From an uncultured Acidobacteriota bacterium (lineage in GTDB: Bacteria > Acidobacteriota > UBA6911): a stretch of DNA of 64,000 nt. This document shows, in pieces, positions 30,386 to 39,938 of this stretch. The stretch lies in contig CAWJKZ010000020.1 of assembly GCA_963843575.1 (NCBI GenBank), positions 1 through 64,000 of the forward strand, given 5' to 3'. Both the position numbers and the translations under genes were made by a program. The notes below the pieces were generated by a model, which was not told the origin of the DNA, did no database searches, and worked only from the letters and a program-made list of their open reading frames with translations. Every line of letters starts with the position of its first letter. Within the stretch, counting starts at the first letter, position 1.

Positions 30386-31620
30386 GCCGTCCTCAACATC
30401 CTCCGGTGTGCGAGAACCACGGGCCCCAGAGTCGGTTCGACCGGCTGGAATATCCGCGATATATCAAGGGCGACAAAAACCTGGTGCCCCTCCCTGCTTC
30501 CCACGGCCAGGGGCTGGAGATCCCGAACGGCGGCGAAGGGCAGCCGTTGCTTCACTCGGGGCGAGGTCAGCATGACTTCACCCCCGACAAACACCATTTC
30601 CATCGCTCCCGTCGAGAGCCCAAGGAGCGCCTCGATCGGTGTCTGGCCCGAATCCTCGACCACCAACAGGTCCGCGACACCCCCTTCGGACAACTCCCCT
30701 TCTCCCTGCCGGAGCCTCAAGACGCGGGCGGCTTCACGAGTAACCATTCCGAACAGCCGCGTGTCGGACACGCGCCTCACCTCGCGGGCAAGCCGCATTT
30801 CCTCCAGAAGATCACCCGCACCGCTGAGCGCCGAATCGGTGCCGAGTGCGACCGGGATGCCGCTCTCCAGGGCAGCCCGGGAAAGGGTCCGGCCCAGAAT
30901 GAAAATGTTGGAACTCGGGCACCAGACGAGTGAGCCGCCTCTTGCCCGGACAAGATCGAGCCCCCGGCGGTCGAGGGCAACCGCATGAACGAGCACCGTC
31001 CGATGGTCCAGGGCCCCCAGGGCGTCGAGGCGCTGGATTTCTTCTCTCCCGCGACGATCCACGGCCTCGCCAAGATGCAGAATGAATGGCCAGTCTTTCG
31101 GGGTCCGCCAAAAGCGCTCGCGCACATCCGGGCTGAAATCCAGCGAGTGGGCCCAACCGAAACGTTTGGGAACACGGATCGGGAAGTGCCGGGAGAAGAT
31201 CCGCGGGTTGAAAGGATTGTGGTGGCAGACCGTTGTGACTCCGCTGAGGAGGTTCTTGAGTGCACCCCAGCGTAGGCGGCACTCGAGCGGCACTCCGAGT
31301 TGCTCGCGCACGGGAGACTGATCTGGATGATAAATGTCCAGGGCCCACGCCCGCGCACTGGGGTACGGCCCGTTGCCCAGGCGCGGGAACAGATTGAACT
31401 CCAGGTGGTCATGGGCGTTGACGAGGCCGGGCAAAATGAGGGAACCGCGCACGTCCAGGCAGGCCCCACCCGGCGGAACGGACAAAGACGGGCGCATGCC
31501 AGCGATCCGGCCGGAACGTATTTCGATATCCAGACGCTGCGATTCGAAGGGACCGCGGGAGACGCGCGCCCCGGCCAGGAGCCACGAATCCGCCCGACTC
31601 GCCTGCACTGCCTTTCCCAT
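30382..31620 (-). CDS. Amidohydrolase (MTA/SAH-deaminase-like metal site)
   Basis: PGLVNAHDH, HLGE, VHAV, WCPSSN and LGTDS. Confidence 0.9.
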   Translation of the reverse strand: MGKAVQASRADSWLLAGARVSRGPFESQRLDIEIRSGRIAGMRPSLSVPPGGACLDVRGSLILPGLVNAHDHLEFNLFPRLGNGPYPSARAWALDIYHPDQSPVREQLGVPLECRLRWGALKNLLSGVTTVCHHNPFNPRIFSRHFPIRVPKRFGWAHSLDFSPDVRERFWRTPKDWPFILHLGEAVDRRGREEIQRLDALGALDHRTVLVHAVALDRRGLDLVRARGGSLVWCPSSNIFILGRTLSRAALESGIPVALGTDSALSGAGDLLEEMRLAREVRRVSDTRLFGMVTREAARVLRLRQGEGELSEGGVADLLVVEDSGQTPIEALLGLSTGAMEMVFVGGEVMLTSPRVKQRLPFAAVRDLQPLAVGSREGHQVFVALDISRIFQPVEPTLGPVVLAHRRMLRTA

Positions 31621-31624
31621 GCGC

Positions 31625-32323
31625 CTACCTGCGCCCCCACTCCACCGCAAGGACGGCTGGAACCGCCGTCACCTCGCTTATCCACGAACCTTTCCCGGCT
31701 GCCCGCATCGCGGACTTCTCCGGTTCGCCAAACCTGGGCTCGACAATTCTCCTCAGTTGGAGCCCGGCGCTGCGGCCGGCTTCCAGAAGCTGCCCGCGGC
31801 TGTAGCCATGGCTCTCGATCTCGAACACGTTCGCACCGAAGCGGAATGTCCGCCGCCACCCGCGCGAGAGGGCGCAAGGATGGAGGTCAGTGACCAGGAC
31901 GGTGCCCGTGCGCCGGACCACCCGGGCCAACTCCACGATCAAAGGCTCGATGCAGGGCATGTACCCCAGGCAGAAGGAGCAGAGGATCAGGTCCGCGGCT
32001 TCGTCGGCCAGTGGAAGAAACAGGGCATCCGCCTGGGCCACTGAGCCTGCCAGACGAGGCTTGCGCGCGGCTTTGCGGAGCATCTCGAGACTGATGTCGA
32101 CACCGACGGCCCTGGCCCCCCGCCCGGCGGCATACGCCGTCCACCGGCCGGTGCCACAGGCCACATCCAGGAACGTCTTCCCGGCCATCCGTTCCAGCTT
32201 TCCTGCCAGTGTGCGAAATTCCAGGGAGAGCAACGGATTCGGGTCCGTGTCATAGCTGGGCGACCACAGCCGATATCCATCGGCCGGCGATACGCGGATG
32301 AAGTCTGTCTTGGAGCTGGTCAC
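31625..32323 (-). CDS. Class I SAM-dependent methyltransferase (BioC-like N-terminus)
   Basis: GYRLWSPSYD..PNPL and LDVACGTGR. GTG start overlaps the upstream stop (GTGA). Confidence 0.9.
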   Translation of the reverse strand: MTSSKTDFIRVSPADGYRLWSPSYDTDPNPLLSLEFRTLAGKLERMAGKTFLDVACGTGRWTAYAAGRGARAVGVDISLEMLRKAARKPRLAGSVAQADALFLPLADEAADLILCSFCLGYMPCIEPLIVELARVVRRTGTVLVTDLHPCALSRGWRRTFRFGANVFEIESHGYSRGQLLEAGRSAGLQLRRIVEPRFGEPEKSAMRAAGKGSWISEVTAVPAVLAVEWGRR

Positions 32324-33780
32324 AGGCTTTCCACCGTGGGTTTTCTCAGCTCGACCGTCCTCTGCGCCCAGCGCAACTCCGCAGGCGCAGCGTAGAGGCC
32401 TACCTGGTACCGCCAAATGCTCAGCGACTGCAGCAGGACGCGTCCCCAGCCCGGGAGTCGCGTGTCCTGGACCGTTGGCCAGCGCGAGTTCACCACCAGC
32501 TCGAAGTTGTCGATACGCCGCCTGATGCGGACCGGCAGCCACGGCAGGTTCGGGTCTTTGCGGACCGTAAAATCGTACCAGCGCGGGGACGCCCATTCTT
32601 CCGGCGTGGCGGGGAACTGGATCTTCCCGTCGACCTTGCCGTACATCCCATCACGCTGTGGCGTTGGAATGTAGTGCTGGACGATGATCTCCGCCTCGGG
32701 ATTGATGGCCTTCAGGCGGCGGATGAAGCGAATGCACTCGCGCACGTCTCGCTCCGGGTCCTGCGGGTTGCCCAAAACGAACGAAAACTCGGGAACTATG
32801 CCGAACTGGCGGATTCTTTCGGCGAGGGCGAGCGTCTGCTCGGTTTTGAGACCCTTGTTCATCTGCGCGAGGACCCAGTCGGAGCCTGATTCGGCCCCGA
32901 AGAAAATCATGGTCGCGCCGGCTGCCTTGAGCGCGTGCAGTGTAGCATCGCTGTATCCGAGTACGGTGTCGATCCTCCCCTCGCACCACCAGCGCAGACC
33001 AAGGGAAGCGAGGCGATCCGCCAGCTCCCGTGTGTGATCCTCGCGCAGAAAGAAATTGTTGTCGTAGAACTGGACTGCATTCACCCCGTAACGTTCCCGG
33101 AGCATCTGCAGGATGGCGGCGGTACGTTCCGGGCTTTCCATCTTTTCGCTATGAAAGACCGGCACGACGCCGCAGAAATTGCAGCGGAATGGACATCCGA
33201 TGCTCGCGTGGTGCGCCGCCGTCCGTGAACCGAGGAAGGTGGGCAGGACATACTTCGAGGCGTCGACCCTGTGGTAGGGAAGCCAGGGAAAATCGTTGGG
33301 CGAGCGAAGCGGGCGCTCGGGATTGTGGACATGCCGTCCGGAGCCGTCCTTGTAAGACAGACCGCGGATCGACGCGAGGTCCACCTGGCCCCGCAGGGCC
33401 GCCATCAATTCCGAAAACGTGTCCTCGCCCTGTCCCCTGACGGCGTAATCCACGTAATCCGCATTCAGGGCGGCATCGGGATACAACGAGGGGAAGTAAC
33501 CTCCCCAGACGATGGGCACCGACGGGAACTGGCGGCGGAAGGAACGGCACAGCGGGATGGCTGCAACCATCTGAGGTCCGGGCATCACGGAAACAGCCAA
33601 CACCTCCGCGGGCCTGGCGTCTTGGAGTCTCGACAGCGTGCCACCGGGGTCCGTGTCGGTATTGCCGTCGACGATCTCATAGCTTTCCTTCCCTTCGATG
33701 GCGGCAGCTATCGCGAGGATGGAAAGGGGAAAGCGGCGGCTGCGCGCGCTTGTGGCGCGCGGATGCAGGAAAAGGATCAT
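32320..33780 (-). CDS. B12-binding radical SAM protein (5th in operon)
   Basis: FPLSILAIAA, WGGYFPS, RGQGE, CPFRCNFC, YDNNF and GAESGS. ATGA overlap at the start. Confidence 0.93.
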   Translation of the reverse strand: MILFLHPRATSARSRRFPLSILAIAAAIEGKESYEIVDGNTDTDPGGTLSRLQDARPAEVLAVSVMPGPQMVAAIPLCRSFRRQFPSVPIVWGGYFPSLYPDAALNADYVDYAVRGQGEDTFSELMAALRGQVDLASIRGLSYKDGSGRHVHNPERPLRSPNDFPWLPYHRVDASKYVLPTFLGSRTAAHHASIGCPFRCNFCGVVPVFHSEKMESPERTAAILQMLRERYGVNAVQFYDNNFFLREDHTRELADRLASLGLRWWCEGRIDTVLGYSDATLHALKAAGATMIFFGAESGSDWVLAQMNKGLKTEQTLALAERIRQFGIVPEFSFVLGNPQDPERDVRECIRFIRRLKAINPEAEIIVQHYIPTPQRDGMYGKVDGKIQFPATPEEWASPRWYDFTVRKDPNLPWLPVRIRRRIDNFELVVNSRWPTVQDTRLPGWGRVLLQSLSIWRYQVGLYAAPAELRWAQRTVELRKPTVESL

Positions 33781-34745
33781 GCTTCCCAGCTCCCGACAAG
33801 GATGTGGAAACGCGAGGGGGGGCGTTTTCGTTGCAGGCGCGCCTTCCAGGGGCGTAGATGCCAGCTGAAGCCGTACCAGGGTCGATACACTCTCCAGGAC
33901 AGGCCCAGCCGGACGGCCAACTCGACGAGCTGTGTCCCCCACAAGAACTCGAGGCTCCGCAGGCTGTCGGAGCGAAACCCGTACTTCGCTTCGTAGAAAC
34001 GGTGCCGCTCCTCCTTCATCCTTTCTCCGTGCGCGTGCTTCCGGTAGATCGGCGAATCGAGGACAACCACGCGGCCGTCCGGCTTCAGGCAGCGTTTCGC
34101 CTCGGCGAGGGTCTCTACGTAGTCGGCCGAATAGTGCAGGGAGGCGTTGAAAATGGCGAGGTCGAACTGGCCGTCTTCAAACGGCAGGTTGTCGTATTCC
34201 GCGCGCACCAGCCTCAACGGCCCCCCGAGAGCGGCCTCATAGTGATGCGAGGCACCGAGCCCGTCCCTCGCATCGGCAAAAATATCCACGGCCACCGGCC
34301 GGTGCCCCCGCAGGGCGAGCCGATACGAGAGCCATCCGGTTCCGGCGCCAAGGTCCAGGATGCGCAGCGTGTCCCCGTGCTCCCAGGTTGGCAGCAAGTG
34401 CCGTTCAAAATACCTGTAGGTCCTGCCGCGCATTGCCCACTGGTCCACGTTCCTGCCGGTCAGATCGCTGAACGGAAGGGCCAGATAGCATCGAGGGTCC
34501 CCGGACCCCCTCCCCTCGGCATGTCGAATGGTCGAATACTCGCCGACAAAACGCGAGAAATGGCGGACCCGGTCAACCGGCAGCGCGTGCAGGATGCCGT
34601 CTTTGGTCTCCAGAACGAAGCCGCACCGGCCGCAGCGCGGTGTTTCGAACAGGAGCCCGACAGCCGTGCCACAAGCCGGGCATCGGAGCCGCAGGCATGC
34701 ATCCGCGCCTCGCCGAACTGCCGGGACCGTTGCGGTTATTGGCAT
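33777..34745 (-). CDS. Class I SAM-dependent methyltransferase with N-terminal Zn-ribbon
   Basis: CPAC...CGRC, LDLGAGTGW, FDLAIFNASLHY and LKPDG. Confidence 0.9.
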   Translation of the reverse strand: MPITATVPAVRRGADACLRLRCPACGTAVGLLFETPRCGRCGFVLETKDGILHALPVDRVRHFSRFVGEYSTIRHAEGRGSGDPRCYLALPFSDLTGRNVDQWAMRGRTYRYFERHLLPTWEHGDTLRILDLGAGTGWLSYRLALRGHRPVAVDIFADARDGLGASHHYEAALGGPLRLVRAEYDNLPFEDGQFDLAIFNASLHYSADYVETLAEAKRCLKPDGRVVVLDSPIYRKHAHGERMKEERHRFYEAKYGFRSDSLRSLEFLWGTQLVELAVRLGLSWRVYRPWYGFSWHLRPWKARLQRKRPPSRFHILVGSWEA

Positions 34746-35578
34746 CCTGTCCTCTCGAAGACCAGCATCCGGTGATCCCCGGATCCGCGGAAAACAGGCC
34801 ATGAGCCGATGCGGTCGTCCAGCCGCGTCAATCCGGCAACGCAATGCCGCCACACGCGTGCGTGCCGCTCCAGATACGAAGGGGGGACGAGGACGGCGAT
34901 CCCGCGGTCGGAGACTACTCTGAAATGGCCGTCAAACGCCGAGACCAGTTCAGGGACGGAAGGATAAAAGACCCGGAGGCGGCTTCCCGGTTCGAGCGAG
35001 GACTCGATCCCGCGCACGCCCGCCTTCAGGCGCCGAAACGCCTTCCCTGGATTCATGCGGGCGAGATGCCACACCGTCTCCCAGAGACAGAACCGACCCA
35101 TGAAGCACAGCGCCACCTTCCCTCCCGGTCTGACCAGGCGCCCCAGATTGGAGGCAGCCGGGTGAAGGTCTTTCACGCAGTTGATGGCGCCGAAGTTCGA
35201 AATGGCGCCGTCGAACGGTCCCTTGTCCCGTATGTCCGCCAACTCCTCGATGGCCCGGAGCTCGAATGTCACCCGGTGTGAAAGCCCTTCCCGTTTCACC
35301 CTTTCCAGGGCAATGCTCAACATCCGGGGCGAGATGTCCGTCGCGTGCACCCGGACGCCGGCAGCCGCGAGCCAGGTTGCGTCCGCACCCGTGCCGCAGC
35401 CGAGCTCGAGTATCCGATCTCCCCTGCCAAAGAGGGCCCCGAGGGTACGCCTGACCTGCAGTCTCTGCAGCCTGCCGACGACGCCGCAGGTCCACGAGGC
35501 GTCGTACCCGGGGGCGAGGTGGTCGAATGCACGGGCAACCTGGGAGTCCCGATCTGACGTCGCCACCGAAGCCCTCAT
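34736..35578 (-). CDS. Class I SAM-dependent methyltransferase
   Basis: AFDHLAPGYD, LELGCGTG, FDGAISNFG and VRPGG. Confidence 0.9.
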   Translation of the reverse strand: MRASVATSDRDSQVARAFDHLAPGYDASWTCGVVGRLQRLQVRRTLGALFGRGDRILELGCGTGADATWLAAAGVRVHATDISPRMLSIALERVKREGLSHRVTFELRAIEELADIRDKGPFDGAISNFGAINCVKDLHPAASNLGRLVRPGGKVALCFMGRFCLWETVWHLARMNPGKAFRRLKAGVRGIESSLEPGSRLRVFYPSVPELVSAFDGHFRVVSDRGIAVLVPPSYLERHARVWRHCVAGLTRLDDRIGSWPVFRGSGDHRMLVFERTGCQ

Positions 35579-36963
35579 GAGCCGACCCGCGTGGAAGAGG
35601 CATGAAGCGCCTGACGGCCTTCCTCGATCCGCCTGAGCAGGTCGCTCGCGCCCGTCCGGTCCGCGCTTCCGGACAGCCGCTGGAGCTCGACTTCGTCCTT
35701 CAGCAGCTGATCTGCCCGCGAATAAAACTCCCGCGACCGGCGGCCGCGCACCGTGAGATCCCGATCCGTGATCTCCGCCCAGGCGCGCGGGCCGGACAAC
35801 CGTTCGACAACTTCATCAAAGTAAGGAGTACCTTTGATCGGGTAGGAGACCGTCGTGAGAAATACGTCCGGGACCGTCGCTTTCACGTGTTCGATGGTGG
35901 CTTCGATATCGCTGATTTCCTCACCCTCGTAACCCCACATCAGGAACATGCCGGTCTGGATGCCTCTTTCCCGGCAGAGCCGGAGCGCGTCCCGAACCTG
36001 CTCCAGCCTCACTCCGCGCTGCATCCGGTCGAGGATGCGCTGCGAACCACTCTCGGAGCCGATCCAGACACGGAAGCAGCCCAGCTCGGCGAGGGCATCC
36101 GCGATGCGGGGATTGACGCGATCGGCCCGCGTGATGCACTCAAAGGGAATACGCAGCGACCGCTCTTTCATCTCGCGGACGTATTGCAGCACCCAGCCGT
36201 GGTGGATGGTGAAGACGTCATCCGCAATCCACAGCATCTCCGGATGGTAGCGGTCCAGAAGCCACTGGACTTCGTCGGCGACGTCTTTCGCGGAGCGACG
36301 GCGGTGCGTGTTGCCGTACGTAGAGTGGCTGCACCATTGGCAACGATAGGGACAACCCCGCGCCGTTATGAGCGACAGCGAACCCCTTCCGTGATGTTCG
36401 CGCCAGGTCCTCACGTAATCCTGAATGCGGATCTGCTCGCGATCCGGCCAAGGCTGGGCATCCAGGTTGGGAATGAGGGCGCGTGGCGTGGTCCTGACGA
36501 TCGCGCCGTCGCCGTCCCGGAATATCAGTCCCGGAACCTTGCGGAGGTCCTGGGAGGCATTGCCACGGAGAGCGGTCAGAAGCTCTTCGAGTGTGAGCTC
36601 GCCTTCTCCCTGCACGACCATATCGGCTCCCGCACGCAGGTATTCGTCGGCGTAGGCAGCGGGTTCGGGGCCGCCGAGGACGACGGTCCACCCGGCCGCG
36701 CGCGCAGCGGCGATGATGCTCAACACACTCCGGCGCGTCATGAGGTTGCCGTAAACTCCAATCACCGAGGGAGGGCGACCTGCGAGAATCTCGTACAGCT
36801 CCCGGCGCGATCCGAAAGTGGTGTCGTAGACCTCGACGGCGAAACCCTTTTTCTTCAGGTGCGCAGCCAGATAGAGGATCCCGAGAGGGGGATAGGGCTT
36901 CATGATCGCCAACTCCTTGGGATCCTCGTACAAGAAGTAGCCGTGCGTCAGGAGGACGTCCAT
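35575..36963 (-). CDS. B12-binding radical SAM protein (4th in operon)
   Basis: PYPPLGILYLAA, GGPEP, QGEGE, CPYRCQWC, ADDVF and GSESGS. Confidence 0.93.
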   Translation of the reverse strand: MDVLLTHGYFLYEDPKELAIMKPYPPLGILYLAAHLKKKGFAVEVYDTTFGSRRELYEILAGRPPSVIGVYGNLMTRRSVLSIIAAARAAGWTVVLGGPEPAAYADEYLRAGADMVVQGEGELTLEELLTALRGNASQDLRKVPGLIFRDGDGAIVRTTPRALIPNLDAQPWPDREQIRIQDYVRTWREHHGRGSLSLITARGCPYRCQWCSHSTYGNTHRRRSAKDVADEVQWLLDRYHPEMLWIADDVFTIHHGWVLQYVREMKERSLRIPFECITRADRVNPRIADALAELGCFRVWIGSESGSQRILDRMQRGVRLEQVRDALRLCRERGIQTGMFLMWGYEGEEISDIEATIEHVKATVPDVFLTTVSYPIKGTPYFDEVVERLSGPRAWAEITDRDLTVRGRRSREFYSRADQLLKDEVELQRLSGSADRTGASDLLRRIEEGRQALHASSTRVGS

Positions 36964-38390
36964 AGTGCCAGCGCGTTCGGGTTAGCCGAGACCATTTCGA
37001 GTTCCTGCACCCGTGCCCACAGTTCCTCGAGATGCCTCTCATCCATGAGTTCGCCCCTGTCGTTGTTCAGCTTCACTTCGAGGTGAAGGGCGTCGTGCAA
37101 AGCCAGATAGAAGTCGCTCGTGTAAGTTCCACGAAACATCATGGAGAGATCCCCGCTTTCGGTCCAGTTGCGGTCCGCACCGAGTTGCGAGACCACCTGG
37201 GTGTAAAACCTGGTCCCGGGCAGGGGGTAGGACACCGAAATGCCGACGTCGTCCGGGGCGGTCTCGCGAACCATCCGGAGGGTCCTCCGGATTTCCTCCC
37301 ACGTTTCGCCCGGGTAGCCGAACTGCAGGAAGAAACAGGCGCGGATACCATGCCGCCGCAGGTTCTCACGGGCCCGATAGATGTCCTCGACGCGAATTCC
37401 CTTCTCCATGGCGTCCAGGATCTGCTGTGAGCCTGACTCCGCTCCCATCCAGACCTCCGAGCAGCCGGCGCTCTTGAGCGCGGCGACCGTTTCCCGCGTC
37501 ATGAGGTCGCAGCGTGACTGCATCTTGAAAGGGACCAGTGCATCCAGTTCCTCGACGGCGGCGGCAAACCGCGTGGTCCATTGCGGTGAAAGCGCAAATA
37601 TGTCATCCGCAAACCAGATCAGGTCGGGGGTGAACGCCTGCTTGAGGTGGAGCATCTCCTCCGCGACGCGCCGCGGAGGCACGAACCGGTACGTCTGCCC
37701 ATAGATCGGTTTCGCGCACCAGTTGCAGTGGAACGGACAGCCGCGGCTCGACACCAGGTTGAGGGAAAAGAAACCGTGAGCCTCCATCCAGGCCTCGCGG
37801 TAGGCAGCGATGTCGACGAGATCCCATGCCGCCATCGGAAGGCGGCTCAGTTCTTTCAACGGCTCCCGCGGCGCACTGCGTCGGACCTCCCCCGTCACCG
37901 GGTCCCGGAAAGCCAATCCCCGAATGCCCGAGACTCCAACCTTGGAACCGGCAAGAAAACAGCGGCTCACCTCCAGCAAGGTCGGCTCCAGTTCCCCGGT
38001 TATGGCCACATCCAGGCCGTGGGACAGGTATTCGGCCGGCCGATCGGTGGCGTCCGAGCTGCTGACAAGGACCGGAATCCCGCATTCCTCTTTGGCAATC
38101 CGGGCCAGCGAAAAAGCGAGCTCCCGGTTTCGCGTCAGGCACATCTTGGTCAGGAAGTTGAAATTGTCCTCGCAGATTGCTACCAGGCGCGGCCGGTGTT
38201 CTGTCAGGGCGGCGCGGAAACCCCGTTCCGGTGCATTCAGGGTCGCATCGAACAGCGCAACGTCCAGTCCTTCCTGCCGGAGATAGGCTGCGGCCAGGAT
38301 CGTCTGCAGCGGCGGATAGGGCTGCATCTTGCTGACCTGTTTCCGGTCGTAATAGAGGTGATTGCAGTGCGTCAGGAGAACGTCCGCCAT
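36948..38390 (-). CDS. B12-binding radical SAM protein (3rd in operon)
   Basis: PYPPLQTILAA, SSSDAT (divergent), TGELE, CPFHCNWC, ADDIF and GAESGS. Confidence 0.93.
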   Translation of the reverse strand: MADVLLTHCNHLYYDRKQVSKMQPYPPLQTILAAAYLRQEGLDVALFDATLNAPERGFRAALTEHRPRLVAICEDNFNFLTKMCLTRNRELAFSLARIAKEECGIPVLVSSSDATDRPAEYLSHGLDVAITGELEPTLLEVSRCFLAGSKVGVSGIRGLAFRDPVTGEVRRSAPREPLKELSRLPMAAWDLVDIAAYREAWMEAHGFFSLNLVSSRGCPFHCNWCAKPIYGQTYRFVPPRRVAEEMLHLKQAFTPDLIWFADDIFALSPQWTTRFAAAVEELDALVPFKMQSRCDLMTRETVAALKSAGCSEVWMGAESGSQQILDAMEKGIRVEDIYRARENLRRHGIRACFFLQFGYPGETWEEIRRTLRMVRETAPDDVGISVSYPLPGTRFYTQVVSQLGADRNWTESGDLSMMFRGTYTSDFYLALHDALHLEVKLNNDRGELMDERHLEELWARVQELEMVSANPNALALWTSS

Positions 38391-38391
38391 G

Positions 38392-39891
38392 TCAGCAGGC
38401 CTCTCCCAGGGTATGACCGAGGGCCTGCCCCGTCAGGAGTGAGCGGCGCATCGTCAGGCGCTTGCGTGTCCCCAGTATCCACAGCTCCAGCGGCCATCGA
38501 AAGAAGCCGTGCTTGATGCGCCAATGCAGAGGCTTCTGAAGGCCCCGCAAGGCCACCCGGGCGGCCCTGGAGAGCGACGGGCGCCGGGTTGCCTTGGTGA
38601 TGTCATTGTTGAGCATGAAGAAAGACATGCTGCGCCGGACCTCGCGGTATGCGGCGCCCTTGAGCCAGGGCAGGACGTTTGCGCCCAGAACGAAAGTCGT
38701 CCAACCCTCGAGCGATTGTGGCTCGAGCATACCCATCTTCCGGAGTTCCTCCCAAATCGGTATTCCCGGATAGGGGGTGAAGACATTGGGTGAGAACGTC
38801 ACGTTGTCGAATTTCGAGGCGATTTCGCCCATTGTCGAGAGCGTCTGGGCTCGGTGAGCCCGGGTCTCGCCCGGAAACCCCACGATCAGGTTGAACGTGG
38901 TCCTGATCCCTGCCCGGCGGCATTTTCGGGCGGTTTCGAACATCTCGTCGACGTGCTCGTGCCGCTTGTTCATCATGAGGAGCACCTCTTCCGAGCCCGA
39001 CTCCACCCCGAAACCTATGTGGTTCACCCCGCTCTCGCCCAGGAGGCAGACCTCCTCGTCGGAAAGCCTGCACAGCAGGTCCGTCGAGGTCTGGAACGTC
39101 CAGTGGAATCCCAGGCGGGAGGCGCGGAAACCGCGGGCGATGTCCAGGCCGCGGCGCGCATCCACGAGGAAATTCGAATCGAGCAACGCCACCTCGCGGA
39201 GCCCGTGGCTGCCGACCAGCGTGGTCACTTCCTGCACGACGCGCGCGGCGCTGTGAGCATTGAACCGGCGTTGATAAAACACCGTGTCCGTGCAGTAATT
39301 GCACGCATAAGGACACCCGACGCTGCTGGCGTAAGGCAGCTTTCGCTCGCCGCTTGCCCTCTCGTAAGCGTCGAAGTCCACCAACCCATACGCCGGCGGA
39401 GGCAGCGCGCTCAGGCGGGTCACGGCGCGATCGGGATTGTGATGCATCCCTCCTCCGGCCTTGTACGAACATCCTGCCACTCCCGCGGCGTCCCGGCCGG
39501 CCGCGATTCTCCCCACGAGCTCCAGGAACGTCAATTCCCCCTGGTTCCTCACCACCACGTCCACGTAGGATTCCCGCAGCGTCTGTGCAGGGAGCAGGCT
39601 GGGGTGCCAGCCGCCGAAGACTACCGGCAGGTCCGGCCTGAGGCTCTTGACCCGCCGTGCAGCCCGGACCGCCCCGGTGATCATCGGCCCTGTCAGGAGC
39701 GAGACGCCGAAACACAGGGCGTCTCCGGCTTCCCTTTCGACCGCGGTCATGTAGTCCGGAACAACGGCGGAGTCGATGATCGCGACCTCATACCCCGCTT
39801 CGATCAAAGGAGCCGCAAGACTCAGCAACCCCGCCGGCGGCCCGAGCGGCTTTCCGGAATAGGGCGGCAGAAAGAGCGCGATCTTCTTCAT
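38392..39891 (-). CDS. B12-binding radical SAM protein (2nd in operon)
   Basis: PPAGLLSLAA, GGWHPS, NQGE, CPYACNYC, LDSNF and GVESGS. Confidence 0.93.
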   Translation of the reverse strand: MKKIALFLPPYSGKPLGPPAGLLSLAAPLIEAGYEVAIIDSAVVPDYMTAVEREAGDALCFGVSLLTGPMITGAVRAARRVKSLRPDLPVVFGGWHPSLLPAQTLRESYVDVVVRNQGELTFLELVGRIAAGRDAAGVAGCSYKAGGGMHHNPDRAVTRLSALPPPAYGLVDFDAYERASGERKLPYASSVGCPYACNYCTDTVFYQRRFNAHSAARVVQEVTTLVGSHGLREVALLDSNFLVDARRGLDIARGFRASRLGFHWTFQTSTDLLCRLSDEEVCLLGESGVNHIGFGVESGSEEVLLMMNKRHEHVDEMFETARKCRRAGIRTTFNLIVGFPGETRAHRAQTLSTMGEIASKFDNVTFSPNVFTPYPGIPIWEELRKMGMLEPQSLEGWTTFVLGANVLPWLKGAAYREVRRSMSFFMLNNDITKATRRPSLSRAARVALRGLQKPLHWRIKHGFFRWPLELWILGTRKRLTMRRSLLTGQALGHTLGEAC

Positions 39892-39938
39892 CGGGGTCCC
39901 CCAACCATCAAGCCCCGCCGTGTTGGCTGCGGATCAGG

